Positions 37,101-49,102 of a DNA stretch of 64,000 nucleotides are shown here, one piece after another. The notes beneath the pieces were generated by a model. The model was not told the DNA's origin, made no database searches, and saw nothing but the letters and a program-made list of their open reading frames with translations. This DNA comes from Antedon mediterranea (Eukaryota; Animalia; Echinodermata). The stretch lies in NCBI RefSeq assembly GCF_964355755.1, contig NC_092673.1, forward strand, positions 31,183,648-31,247,647, read 5' to 3'. Position numbers and translations under genes: made by a program. Positions within the stretch are counted from its first letter, which is position 1; every line of letters begins with the position of its first letter.

Positions 37101-40100
37101 GGAGTGACAGGTTGCCATACAATATGCAAACAGACCAGTGACACTCTGAAAGTCTGTCTGAAGTTTATCAAATCTTAAAAACAAACAAATCTAAATAAGG
37201 ATATTGATTACTTACTGAATGAGACATAACATAGGTCTGCATACAAAATGTTCTTATTTATACGTTGAATGCCTAAAAGAAGATCATCACAAGACAAGTC
37301 TGGATGTATAGCATTTATTAGTCTAGGTTCTAGAGGGAGTTTTGACTTAATATTAGTAAAAATATACATATTTTGGCACATATGACGTTTCATACGTATA
37401 CTACTTGAGCTGGTAATTCAGACAAAAATAAAAAAGCCGACTGGTGGACTAACATTAAAAAGACACTAGGCCTACACACTTGGAGCAAGTTTAAGCATTA
37501 GTGTATACATATGTATACTTTATCCATAATTCTTCCAACTATCAGCTTTTGCCACTAAGTTTTCAATTTGCCAAAATAGAGGAGAGGAGACGAGAAGGAG
37601 AGACAGATCACAGAAAACATAAAGTAACCTAGAGCAAAGGGTTTAAGACTGGAACAAAATGGATGTCTGTCACCAAATGTATAAAATCAAACTTTTGATA
37701 AGCTTGGAAAAAATTGTAGTTTACTATCTTACCTAGAGTCATTAGACAACTGGATTCCCATAAGATCTAAACAGTCTTCTGTCAGTGTTCCAGTCTTAAA
37801 AAGACAAAGGGAAAAAAAACAGGTAAAACTTGAACTGTAAAAACTACCTTTACTGCCTAACCGAATGATTTGCAAATTCGTGTAGGCCTCACTAACATAG
37901 ATTACAATTACGGTAGGCCTACTTACTTTATCAAAGCAGACGACATCAATATTGCCGCCAAAATTAATCCTTTGTGGGCTTATACAATAGATAGACTTCT
38001 TTTTAAGCCTGAACTGCGCGTAAACCATCCCTATGGTTAACGCAGCAGGAAGAGGTGGCGGTACAGCTATAGTGATAATATCCAAACCACGGATGATGAT
38101 GCGTTCTAAAGAAAACTAAAAAGTAGAAACAGAGAAATAAGTATCTTTGTTAATTTATATTATTCTACAATCTAAGTCTGTCCTTTATTTTTTCTAAAGC
38201 CTTGTCTGCACTATCAAACTTTATGTTATCTGCTCATATATGGACATGATGATGTCATATCACTACTATATTTGGGCATATCACTACCATTATTTGGACA
38301 CATCACATTTTTTTTGTCAAACTAGTTTTATAGTGCAGACAGAGCTTTACGCACTGTACACAGAATGATAGTTGTTATTTTCTTATTCGGATTTTTAGTC
38401 TTATGTAATTAATTTTATTTTGTTGGTTTTTCTTTTACTTTTCTGTTCTTGTTGTTTTTTGTATATTGTATCTGTTCTGCGGTCCCAAATGATCAGCAAA
38501 TGCTGGATGGATCATCCTCATTAAATATGGTTAAAATAAAAATAAATGTCATGTGAATTCGTTGCACGCATGCGCGGGGAAGTTGGGAAGTGATTTGACA
38601 CTCTATTCCTCTCTTCCTTGTTTGTGGTTTCTAGGTCCGCGGCGCCGACCGACGACACATGCAATCCTAGATCGTCGGTTGTCGCAAATCGAAATATTTA
38701 ATGTGGAATGTGGGCCTAACTTACACCAGCAATCACTAATTGGGTAATTGTAAAGACGAATCCAATGAAAGCTTTAAAAAAAAAGAGAAAACATAATTAG
38801 TAGAATATAGTATAAAACTGACTGCAAATAACGAGAGACAAGCCATGATTCGATCCTAATTTGATCATCATCAGTGATGATCAAATAAAGATCGAAACGT
38901 TGAATCATGGCTTGCAATACAATTGTTAGTAGAAAGTACTAGGCCACTAATTGCTTCTACGATGATGATGCGATTGAAGTCGTTTGAATTTCCCGCCAAA
39001 TTAAGAAATACAAAAATATATAAATTAGGACATACCCGGTGGTAGATACACTCAATAACTAATTATTCCTATTACTATGCAAGTTTTAAATAAAGCTTTA
39101 CCTACCGACAGACGCCAGAGTTAGAATATATCGGATTGAGTCCTGATATAGTTTAAATTCAGTCGGTTTTGGATACAGTATTGATCTTACGAGCATACCC
39201 TTGGCCGTCGAGAAACCTAGAATTATTGAAATGAGATTTATGTAAAAAGCAACCAACTTTAAGTTTGGTCTTAGCCCGAGTGAACACCATTGAACGTCCA
39301 CGACCGCCAGTCACGCTAATGTTTTGTATATTCTGTGGAATAATCAACATTGGCCGACGGTAAGCCTTTCATGCGCTTCAACTTTGATTATCTCTAATGC
39401 TTGGTTCCCACTAGAGACGCAACACAAGGACGTAACGCAACGTAAGTGATTTGACCAATCACAAGCGATGGATTATTCGAACTGTCGCTTGTCATTGGTC
39501 AACTCGCTTTCGTTGCCTTTACGTCTTTGGGTTACGTACTAGTGGCTAACGCCGTGTAGTTTGCTTTTCTTAGAATTACTACTAAAATATTGTTTACCTG
39601 TCTGGATAACAACAGCTTTGACATGGTCATTCCCGTAGTATTTCGTTTCTATGACCTCTGTCCCACAAAACAGGATGTGCCTCGAGTGTTCAGTTGTTGA
39701 TAACTGTTGAGATCCTCTATCTGATGTGTTTGGGAGAGGAACTTTAGTTATTGGAACGCTTTCACCTAAAAAAAAGTTATGAAAATTAAAAGAGCCCATC
39801 TATAAGATCGCTTTGGTAGATGCTGCTAAGTGTCTGTTCTGACGCTTCACTAGCCTGTGTATCAGTTCGAACACTTGCGTTCGCGCAGACGTGTACCGTG
39901 TTACTGGTTTGGGAAACAATCCAATGGAGCTGAGACATGATAGATAGTTGGATCTTTTGCGCATTTCCGCTCAGGAGGTACTCAAAGCGATTTTTGACGC
40001 CTGTCATTTCAGTAGGAAACGTTATTTCAGTCTGCAGATACCCAGTATGTTGAAAATATAGCGCATGGATTACTCCATTACTATCATAGGTGATGTTTAA

Positions 40101-43100
40101 AATGACTCCTATTCAAGTCTTATGCGCAAAAATGAGTATGAACTTTATTTTACCTGTAAGCATGCTTTCATTTACAATACAGTTTCCCTGAATAAGAGCG
40201 GCATCGCAAGTCATTTTACAACCACGTGATGGTATAAGTATGACGTCACCAGGAACTAACTCATATTCGGATATCTCTTGAGTACCTTGAATTAAAAAAT
40301 AATTCGTTGAAATTTTGTAAAAGGTACGGAAGCTTATTATGCATAGATAGCTAACACAAGGCAATTAGATGTTAGATTAACATGCCATGTCCACATTTTT
40401 AGGAGTAGTGGTGAAATGAAAAGATCGTGATAATGTCATGTCTAGGCCTACATCTTTTAGAAGGGATGATCTGATGAAATCGTTGATAATAGCGTTATGT
40501 TTACATCAGATGACATGATCATAATGGCAGAAGACATGATCATATGGCAGAAGACATGATCATATGGCAAAAGACATGATCATATAGCAGAATCCAGGAT
40601 CTCTTCATGTCTACATAATTTCAGAAAAGATGAGGAGGCCAGAGATCGTGTCATGACAATGTATAGCAATGGCAATGTTATGAAAACCCTTTTAGGCCTA
40701 ACTGGTATAGGTACACGATTCAGTATGCACCGGCGTAGGAATAACTAGGCTATCGATAGACAATCAACAGTTATACTAAGTAATGCAAATACCATTTCAA
40801 TACACACTTGTACTAATTGTAATATTGTTAATTGTAAAATATTAACGTTTTACCTTTAAGTTTTCGCATTACTTTAACTGTACTACAACTGAACACCATA
40901 TCGCGAAGTGTTTTTGCTTGCTGTAATAAAATGACAATGATACACATGTTGCAATGCAATGGATAATGTACATTTTATCTGGTACTACAGTACTATCACA
41001 ATCTGATATTAGTGTTATAAGCGTATGTTTTTCACAATCAACTCCCAATTCTGGACACAGTTATAACCTGTGTGCACTTTAAAGAGCACAGTTCATTATT
41101 CGAGAAGAGTAGGGGGTTACCCCGGTGAACTGGTTCACAAAATAGCCCCTGTATCAGGGGGATTACCAACTATCTGATAGGACAATGATTAATTCACTAT
41201 TGGTAATCCTTGGCCACATTCATTCATTCATTTATTCATTCATAATAACATTTATTTCTTATCATTTCAAAGTAAACAAAATAACAATTTAAATATAAAT
41301 AATTAAGAGGCAACACCCAGAAAGTAATAACATTTGGAGGTTTCCCTCCAAAAAAACTTGTGACGGGTAGCCAGTTAAGAAATTGTAATCATATTGGAGT
41401 TTAAACAAACAGAAACAAAACAAGACAAACAAACATGTAAAGCAAGACAACGACAATAGTTAATATTAATAATATTAATAATATTAATAATAATAAAATA
41501 CTATGGAAGCACAGAAAACCCAGAATAAACATGTTGTTTTATTACATTGCCTAAAGACATAAAATAAAAATAAAAATATAATTTGTTAAAACCCCAACCC
41601 ATTTAAAATGTAACTGTAACGCTATAACTAAAGCTTACTCTACACTGGCTAGTGTAGACCAGTTGAACCTAGCTTACGTAAGATAAGTCATTGTAACGCG
41701 GTGCGTCTGAACATAGTATTAGAAAAGTAGAGATATCGTTACCTTTCGAGTTGTGTAAAGAGAAAGTAGTATAGAAACAAATGACATCACGACTATACAC
41801 ACAGTATAGTAATAATACGCATCGATACACCACACAATCACGGTAAACACTTGAAAAACATAAAATGGATTCAGAACCTACAGCAAAAGTACATGAAACC
41901 ATAACACATTAATAATTGGATATTATTATTATTATAAATAAAAATGAATAATAAATGAAGTAAATGATAACCTACATAAGTCCTAGGTTGTCGCAAATCG
42001 AAAGGTCTATAATTTCTAAAAAGTACATTCAACTTAACCAGCTTATAAGAACTTTATTAGAGGCTTACCTCTTGAACTAGTAAAGTGAGATACGGTTTAA
42101 CTGGCACGTCTATAATGTTTTCTCCATACATCTTTTGCCTGTAGATTGCAATACGTGATACACTATGTTAGTTACATATTTGGAGGTTAATGCGTTTACA
42201 ATGGTAATACTTGGATAACTTTTTTTTCGATTACACTACATTTACACATCATTGCGAATTTGCTCATGTTAAAACATGGAAGAAAGATCTGGCAATATAT
42301 TGTGATAGTTGTGCGCAGACCATTACAGTATTTCACGTCGGTAACGAGAAGTCCTTATTATTAAGCTTGGTTCCCACTAGGTTGCAACGCAAGGACGTAA
42401 TCGAATTGACCAATCACAATAGAAAGTTTGAATAAGCCATTGCATGTGATTGGTCAAATCACTTACGTTACCAACCAATACTTACAACTGGATTGATATG
42501 TGCATCAGCTTTTAGAGAACCGAACAATTAATACTTACAACTGGATTGATATGTGCATCAGCGAACAAGAAATCTAACTAGAGAGAACGCAGACGACAAC
42601 TAAATTGTGCCAAAATGACCTACCTTGAGCTTATATCTGAGGTAGATAATCCTTGTGCGTTATTATAAATATCTGAACATGTTGGAATGTGATTCAAGCG
42701 AATAAAGACGTTGTTTTCAGGATGCCAAATGTACTTGAGCTTGTGAAATTTGAAAACTCGAAGATTGTTTACATTCCTCTTGAGAATTTCACTTATCTCG
42801 TTTGAATCTATATCACTATAACATATGAAAAAGAGGACATTTTAAAATATATACTTATGTGAGACATCTTCAGTACAAAACTGACCCTATACTCAACACA
42901 TATGTGCAAATGTACAATGAATGGGATCAACGACTTTACTGCCAATCCAAAGGACGAGGCAGTGAGAAAGTAGGTTGCCTGCTTTCTTACTACTAGAACG
43001 CAAGAGTTGACCAATCACAAGCGACCGTTCGAATATCCATCGCGTTGTGATTGGTCAAATTGGTTGCAGTGTTTTATAAGAAAGACTTACTTTATTTCCT

Positions 43101-45479
43101 CAATATACGTAACATGTTTCCTCTGGTATGTATCCTAAATAATAAACAGAAATCGTAACTAAAAATATTAAGTCTTGCTTATTTTACTTAAAAAATACAA
43201 TATTCCCATCAGGCCTACTGTTGAATCGCTGTAAAAACCATTGCATGGGAAAATATTATTTAGAATATCCAAAATGGAACTCTCGTTAGCAACAAGAACA
43301 AATTCTCACACATCAAAATGTGTGATAAATTATAAAAATTAGGTGGTCTAACTAATAATAATTTTAGCAAACAAATTACATGTTACGTTGACATAAAAAG
43401 AGAACATTCAACCCACCTCTAACAAGACGGCACCAGCCTCATTTAACGGACATTGAGTGTACATACTCTTCAACCGCCAATCTTTTTTCCAGTAAAAAAC
43501 TAGTATAAGGAAGCCACACGATAATGCTACCAAAAGGCAGACAATTACTGATTTACTCCAGTTCAGTTTGTACCCGGTACATTCCTAAAAACAGAAAAAG
43601 GGTTATGGTTAACGACAAACAAAATATTGATTTTTGATGGAACTGTACTGCAATAACTATTTTTGTACTCTAATAATGTCGATTTTAGGTCACTTGCTAT
43701 TTACTTTTTATTTAAAGATGTATTGTCCCTCAAAACCATACAAAATGAAAATTAATTAAATCAGATTTTGAATAGGTTAATTTGTAGTTTTACTAAAGTC
43801 ATTCACTTTAAAAAAAAAATGTTTTCACTTATAAAATGACAAATATAAATGGTTAAATTCAACCAAAAAAAAATTGGCTGGCAGATTTTTTGCTTTCAAT
43901 TAAAGTTTTTTTCAAGTACGTAAATACATTTGTTTTCGATGCCATTTTTTGTCAAAGTGGTTAACTATTATGAGACATTAAAAACATTTTTTCAGGAGGA
44001 TAATACATCTTTAAACGACATTATACATTCTAGTATAATTGTTTAAGTTCACTATTTATGCTGATGATACAAATAGCCTATACTAGCGTCACATGGTAGG
44101 TATCAAACTGGCTAAAAGCTAACATCTTATAAAAAATAAGCATTGCAATTGTACATAATTATAATAATATTGGTAACATGTATTGATAAAAGGGCCTACT
44201 CTCATCTCTAAAGTTTCAACAACTAAATTGTTAGGTATAATAATCGATGACTAACATTAAAACAAAATATGTACTTTACTAACCTTGTTAAAACAACAGA
44301 ATATGTACCTACTTTACCCTGTTTCAAAATTATACTGGTATCTTTTTTCAGATTAAAATTTATGCGAAATCAAATTAGCTTCACTCATCCAAAACTAGAT
44401 CATCTCAAATGTAAGCCTAGAGTCATGATTTTTGTTACAGCCCTTGCCAAATAAGTAATTTTTATCTTTTATTTTAAAATGTGTGGAGAAACTAACAAAC
44501 AAACAAACAAACAAGCCAAGGCCCCGAAATATTGAACGAAATTGTTCCAGATAGGCCGCCTATTTGAAATTGCCGTTCATTGCACTACATTATTATTATA
44601 AAAATTAATTTAAAGATGTTCTTGCATCCTCATATTAAACATAATAGGATATCTCTCATGTATTGCTTGGTGGTTAACGTGCTTGCCTTCAAATCTCAAG
44701 GTTTGGGGTTCAATCCTGACCTAATGCGGGGTTTAATCCTGACCCCGTGCCGTCGGGGTTCAATCCTGACTTTGTGCCAGGGTTGTAACACACGACTCTG
44801 AGCCTCAAATGAGACTTAGTTTATAAGCACGATACATTATTACATTAAATAGTTTTTCCATCCTGCAATTGGCAGGTTATTCGCTGTATATGAAATAAAA
44901 AATTAAAAAATAAATAAATACTTTCAAGAGAAATATTAACTAATTGATTATCATGTCTTTCTATACTATATTATGTATGTCATGCATATAAGGTATGCGT
45001 TTGTTTATTTTTATTTGCTTTACTTATTTGTGTTTATTTAGGTGACCAACTTAGTCGAGCTCGGCTCATTTTTGTTTTCTGTTCGTGATACTGACATTTT
45101 AAATATTATTTGTGTTGGATAAATAAATGAAATGAAAAAAATGTAATTGTAGGCCGTAAATGTCCGCAGCGCATATTAAAGTTCTCTACGAAGAAAGGGA
45201 GCATTCATTCATCAGTGGAAAATTAAATTCAAAGTGTCACATCACTCTCACACAGTATACTGAGAAGCATTCAGTGCCCGAATGGCAGCTGGATAAAAGC
45301 TGTTACGAAACCTAGTACGAGACCAGTAACGTCTACCGCTACGTAACACCTCAAATATACATTATGCATGGGATGAGTTGCAATATAGAATGTTGAGGAT
45401 ACGAAAAACTTTAAGCCACACTTACCAACTCGGTCTCTTGCCCCTTATCAATAACAATACTTCGATCCGTTTGCGCCAT
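31146..45479 (-). CDS. ATP13A3: P5B-type ATPase, ATP13A3/ATP13A2-like probable polyamine transporter (about 27 exons, about 1130 aa)
   Basis: Exons (minus) 45426-45479, 43417-43584, 43091-43134, 42855-42886 (uncertain), 42624-42807, 42069-42138, 41743-41877, 40854-40920, 40154-40285, 39598-39765, 39106-39216, 38725-38771, 37927-38115, 37733-37794, 37032-37173, 36686-36772, 36193-36349, 35557-35969, 35293-35415, 34923-35155, 34442-34538, 34013-34085, 33537-33687, 32955-33103, 32251-32339, 31743-31832, 31146-31271. Motifs [21 protein letters not shown]|[38 protein letters not shown]-terminus [18 protein letters not shown]|ECTGY resembles ATP13A3. Exact paralogue uncertain. Confidence 0.92.
32654..32868 (+). 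mobile_element. MITE family B (TIR AGCTTGGTTCCCACTAG); related copies near 39397-39548, 42364-42480, 42955-43050, 47287-47520 and 63235-63385
   Basis: TAA|AGCTTGGTTCCCACTAG ... TGGGAACCAAACT|TTA. Other copies share ACGCAAC repeats and an internal TTGACCAATCACAAGCG / TGTGATTGGTCAA inverted pair. Confidence 0.7.
38198..38346 (-). mobile_element. Harbinger-like MITE family A
   Basis: TIRs AGCCTTGTCTGCACTATCAAACT / AGTTTATAGTGCAGACAGAGCT-like with TWA flanks. Confidence 0.75.
41066..41240 (+). mobile_element. SINE fragment with a Nin/Deu-like central domain
   Basis: GTGCACTTTAAAGAGCACAG...CGAGAAGAGTAGGGGGTTACCCCGGTG resembles the Nin-domain consensus as I recall it; (CATT)n tail. Confidence 0.45.
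43716..44010 (+). mobile_element. TTAA-flanked MITE (Kolobok-like)
   Basis: TTAA|AGATGTATTGTCC ... GGATAATACATCT|TTAA. Confidence 0.7.
44658..44835 (+). mobile_element. tRNA-derived SINE; other copies on the minus strand at about 54030-54172 and 49836-49897 (partial)
   Basis: A box GCTTGGTGGTTAA, B box GGTTCAATCC, shared body GTGCCAGGGTTGTAAC..ACGACTCT...GCCTCAAATGAGACTTAG. Confidence 0.7.
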
Positions 45480-45513
45480 GACACTATCAAATAGAACAGT
45501 TAAAGTAGGCTTA

Positions 45514-45653
45514 AGCTCTGTGTACACTATCAAACTAGTTTGACAAAAAAAGTGTGATGTGCCCAAATATGGTATTATTATGCCCAAATATGTCCATATA
45601 TGGGCACATCAAATTTTCGTTATCACATCGAGTTTGATAGTGTAGATAGAGCT
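45514..45653 (+). mobile_element. Harbinger-like MITE family A
   Basis: TTA|AGCTCTGTGTACACTATCAAACT ... AGTTTGATAGTGTAGATAGAGCT|TTA; 3-bp TTA duplication. Confidence 0.8.
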
Positions 45654-48572
45654 TTATATTGCAATCACATTGACAAACAAACCAGTTTTCAGTTGTGACA
45701 GCGAACAGCGGAAAACCGCCACTAACAGATGAATTTCAACATAATAAAACGATATATTCACATTTAATTTTTTAATCAAAGTTAATATTTTATTTATTAG
45801 CGGTTTTCTTTTTAAGGAAAATAGATGTCACTTACCGAACTTCTTCTTTTGATGGTGGTCTACTTTACAATAGAATGAAATGATTTGTGCAGTAGACCTA
45901 AATGTAAATCTATCAGTGTGGGGGTCGACATAGAAATTTGGTAAACCCAATCAGATCGCTGTAAAACATTAGTCAAGTACCAGTATACCAGCAAGAATAT
46001 GGGTTTTATTGCCTTTTATTTGGCACATGCTACTATAGACACCTCTTTTTCTTTTACAGAGGAAATATTTATGAACAAATAAATATTGTACTTGCAGTGT
46101 GTTAGAATACAGAATAATAATAATTATGGCCGTTTAATTAAACTGCGGCCGCCACTGATGCCGCCAAGAAGCATATGCTCTGCCAAGATAAAGTTTAAAT
46201 TATCAAGCATAACCAAGCCCTGCCAATACAAAATGTTTATTGTACAAAATAGCATATATTTATGAGTGTTAGAAATGCATTTTCACCAATACAATTATAG
46301 GCCTACTTTTAGAGCGATTATGTCGTCAAAATTGTTCAAAGAAAAGTTTTAATATCGCGTCAATATTGTATTTGCCGTCACATGTCGACGCAAACATACT
46401 CGCTCACACCATACAGACCGCCAGATATAGCTCATACAGGTAACCAGTGGCCTAAATGGGCTTCCGTAGATAAACTTCAGTATGGACTTTGTTATGCTAA
46501 CTGGACATTACTTTAGATAAATACTTTTGGTTAAATACATACTGTAGGCCTAGTGGAGTTACCTCCTTTCGCCATGGGGTTTTTTTTTTGTAGCAGTAGG
46601 CCTACACTAAATTAAAATTAAAACACATCCAATAATGTTACCAGGTGGGTGAAAAACTAATGGATTCTTAGGCACACTATAACAAACACGATTTGGCCTA
46701 ACTTTTGATTTTTATTTCGTAGTGTGACCTATGTAAACTGGCCTAACTACTGTGTACTGCACTTTACATAGTAGGCCTATTTGCATAGTATGTAAATAAA
46801 GGCACATACTTGAACTTGTTTTCAACTTTATAATAATACTGTGTTGTCCTTTTGTCGTGTTTTGGTTAACAAGACATTTTAACGATCTTACTGATCGTCT
46901 CGGTAGATTACCAACATTTATTTTCAAAATAAAATAAAATAATAGACACAATTATTGGGCAGAATGAATTGTGAAATTATAAATTATAAAACGTAAGATT
47001 ACATACCGTAAGTACGTCGTCGAATACGCTCCACAGTAAGGATGTCGATCCTCTGAGCAAAGCTATCGGAATGGTCGACGGGCTCATTTGCATATTATCA
47101 GACACTATAAGTTGTCAATTTTTTGGTTTGTCAATACAACTATTGATATTGCTGTAATCATAACATAGTATGAATCGGTTCAACGGGTATAGTTTATATA
47201 TGGGGTGTTGTACTTCGTTTAAGGATTGGCATAATTTTCCACCAGAAAATACTGTATATCATATCCAAAATATATTTATATGACCAATGCTTGGTTCCCA
47301 CTATCGAGACGCAACACGTAATGCAACGTAATAAGTAAATTGACCAATCATCATTAATATTATTCGACGCAACACAAGGACGTAAACATAACGCAAGTAA
47401 TTTGACCAATCACAAGCGATAGTTCCCACTAGTACGCAACGCAACGACGTAAAGGCAACGAACGCGAGTTGACCAATAACAAGCGACACTTCAAATAATC
47501 CATCGCTTGTGATTTGTCAAGTATTGCAACGCGTTATATAATTGAAAACCTGGGAAAACGCAATCTAAAGTAATATTATTTCACATATATTTTTTCAATA
47601 TTGTGAAAACTCCGTCGAACATCAATACACATTAAAATCTAAATGAATGCACGAGGTAACTAGACTTTCATTAATCTTTATCACAATATATCCGTCAAAC
47701 GCAAAACGAAGTATTGCAACGCGTTATATAATTGAAAACCTGGGAAAACGCAATTTCAGGTAATATTACATCACATAAGTTTTTTTTCAGTGTTAACACA
47801 AAAATACAGTACTTCTTTTCTAAGTTTACATGCATTTTATGCACTTAAAAATAAGTTTTATTTTATAATCTATGCAATCAGGTTATGCAACATTTTATTA
47901 AAAGTTAAAATTTTACCCTTAAATATTAATTACTAAAACTTATGAATGTTTTATTTTACTTCGCATCTCAAGAAAAAGTATTCTATTTACTGTATTTGAT
48001 AAAAATAAAAATTCATAGATAATTATAATTTTCTCATAAATTCAACAAAAATTAATTATTACTGAAACAATACATGTTTATTAATATGTAATTTTATTTT
48101 ACTTAATGTTTATTTCCAATAGCACATTTGTAATTATTAAAGTAAATCTATCTTAAATTCATGTTACACTAAAATAATTATATTTTATCAATAATGGCAG
48201 TTTACCTATTTTAAGTTGATCATATTATCTTAATATTAATAACAAATTCATATCTTTATACGTTTATGTAAGATTTGATTTAACTTTGCTTACTTAAATT
48301 AATATCTTTATTTTCATATTTAAAAAAAATAGTACTTATTGCCTTTAAAATTCTTATAGGTCCGCTTTTCGAAGTCTGAAACCTCCAAACCAGGACCAAT
48401 TCTGTGCCCCAACCACCCCCACCCCCAGATGAGTAAACACATTTAACATGTTCTATTGATTTATAGTTTTTAGTTTAAATTTCAATAATATTTTATTTAT
48501 TTAAATGAATTATCAAATAAAGTTTTACTTTATAAATTTTAATTTGCATTCTATGGTCCTGTAAACCATTAA

Positions 48573-48891
48573 AGATATATTTTCTCCCTGAATTTTTTTG
48601 TGTTAAATTTGCTATTTCAATGTCATATAATAGTTATTTACTTTGACCAAAAATTGGGTTAAAAAAAAAAAATTCTTTACCTGAGAAAACTGTAATTTAA
48701 AGCAAAAACATATTCAAATAGTCTGTCAGACAATTAATTTTTGGTAAAACGTAACTGTTTATGTTGTCTTTTTATAAGTGAAATCATATTTCTTTTCGTA
48801 TGGAAGTGAATAACTTCATTTATACTGCAAAATGGTCTATACAAAGTAATAAAATAATAAATTTTTCATGATTTTAGAGGACAATACATCT
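48573..48891 (-). mobile_element. TTAA-flanked MITE (Kolobok-like), second copy in opposite orientation
   Basis: TTAA|AGATATATTTCTCC ... GGACAATACATCT|TTAA; the right end matches the left end of the 43716 copy. Confidence 0.65.
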
Positions 48892-49102
48892 TTAATATAC
48901 TCCATTTGTGTCATGACAACAACACATTTTGTTGTGAATTTATATCTGTATTTAATTGATTTCTTGGTGCTGTAAAAACAAAAAACAAGAAATTTAAACA
49001 GTCAAAACAACAATAACAAACAACATTTTGTCCAGATTTCAAACAAAACACATTAATTCTATAAAATAATAATAATAATCATAAGCATACCTTGAATTAT
49101 GA

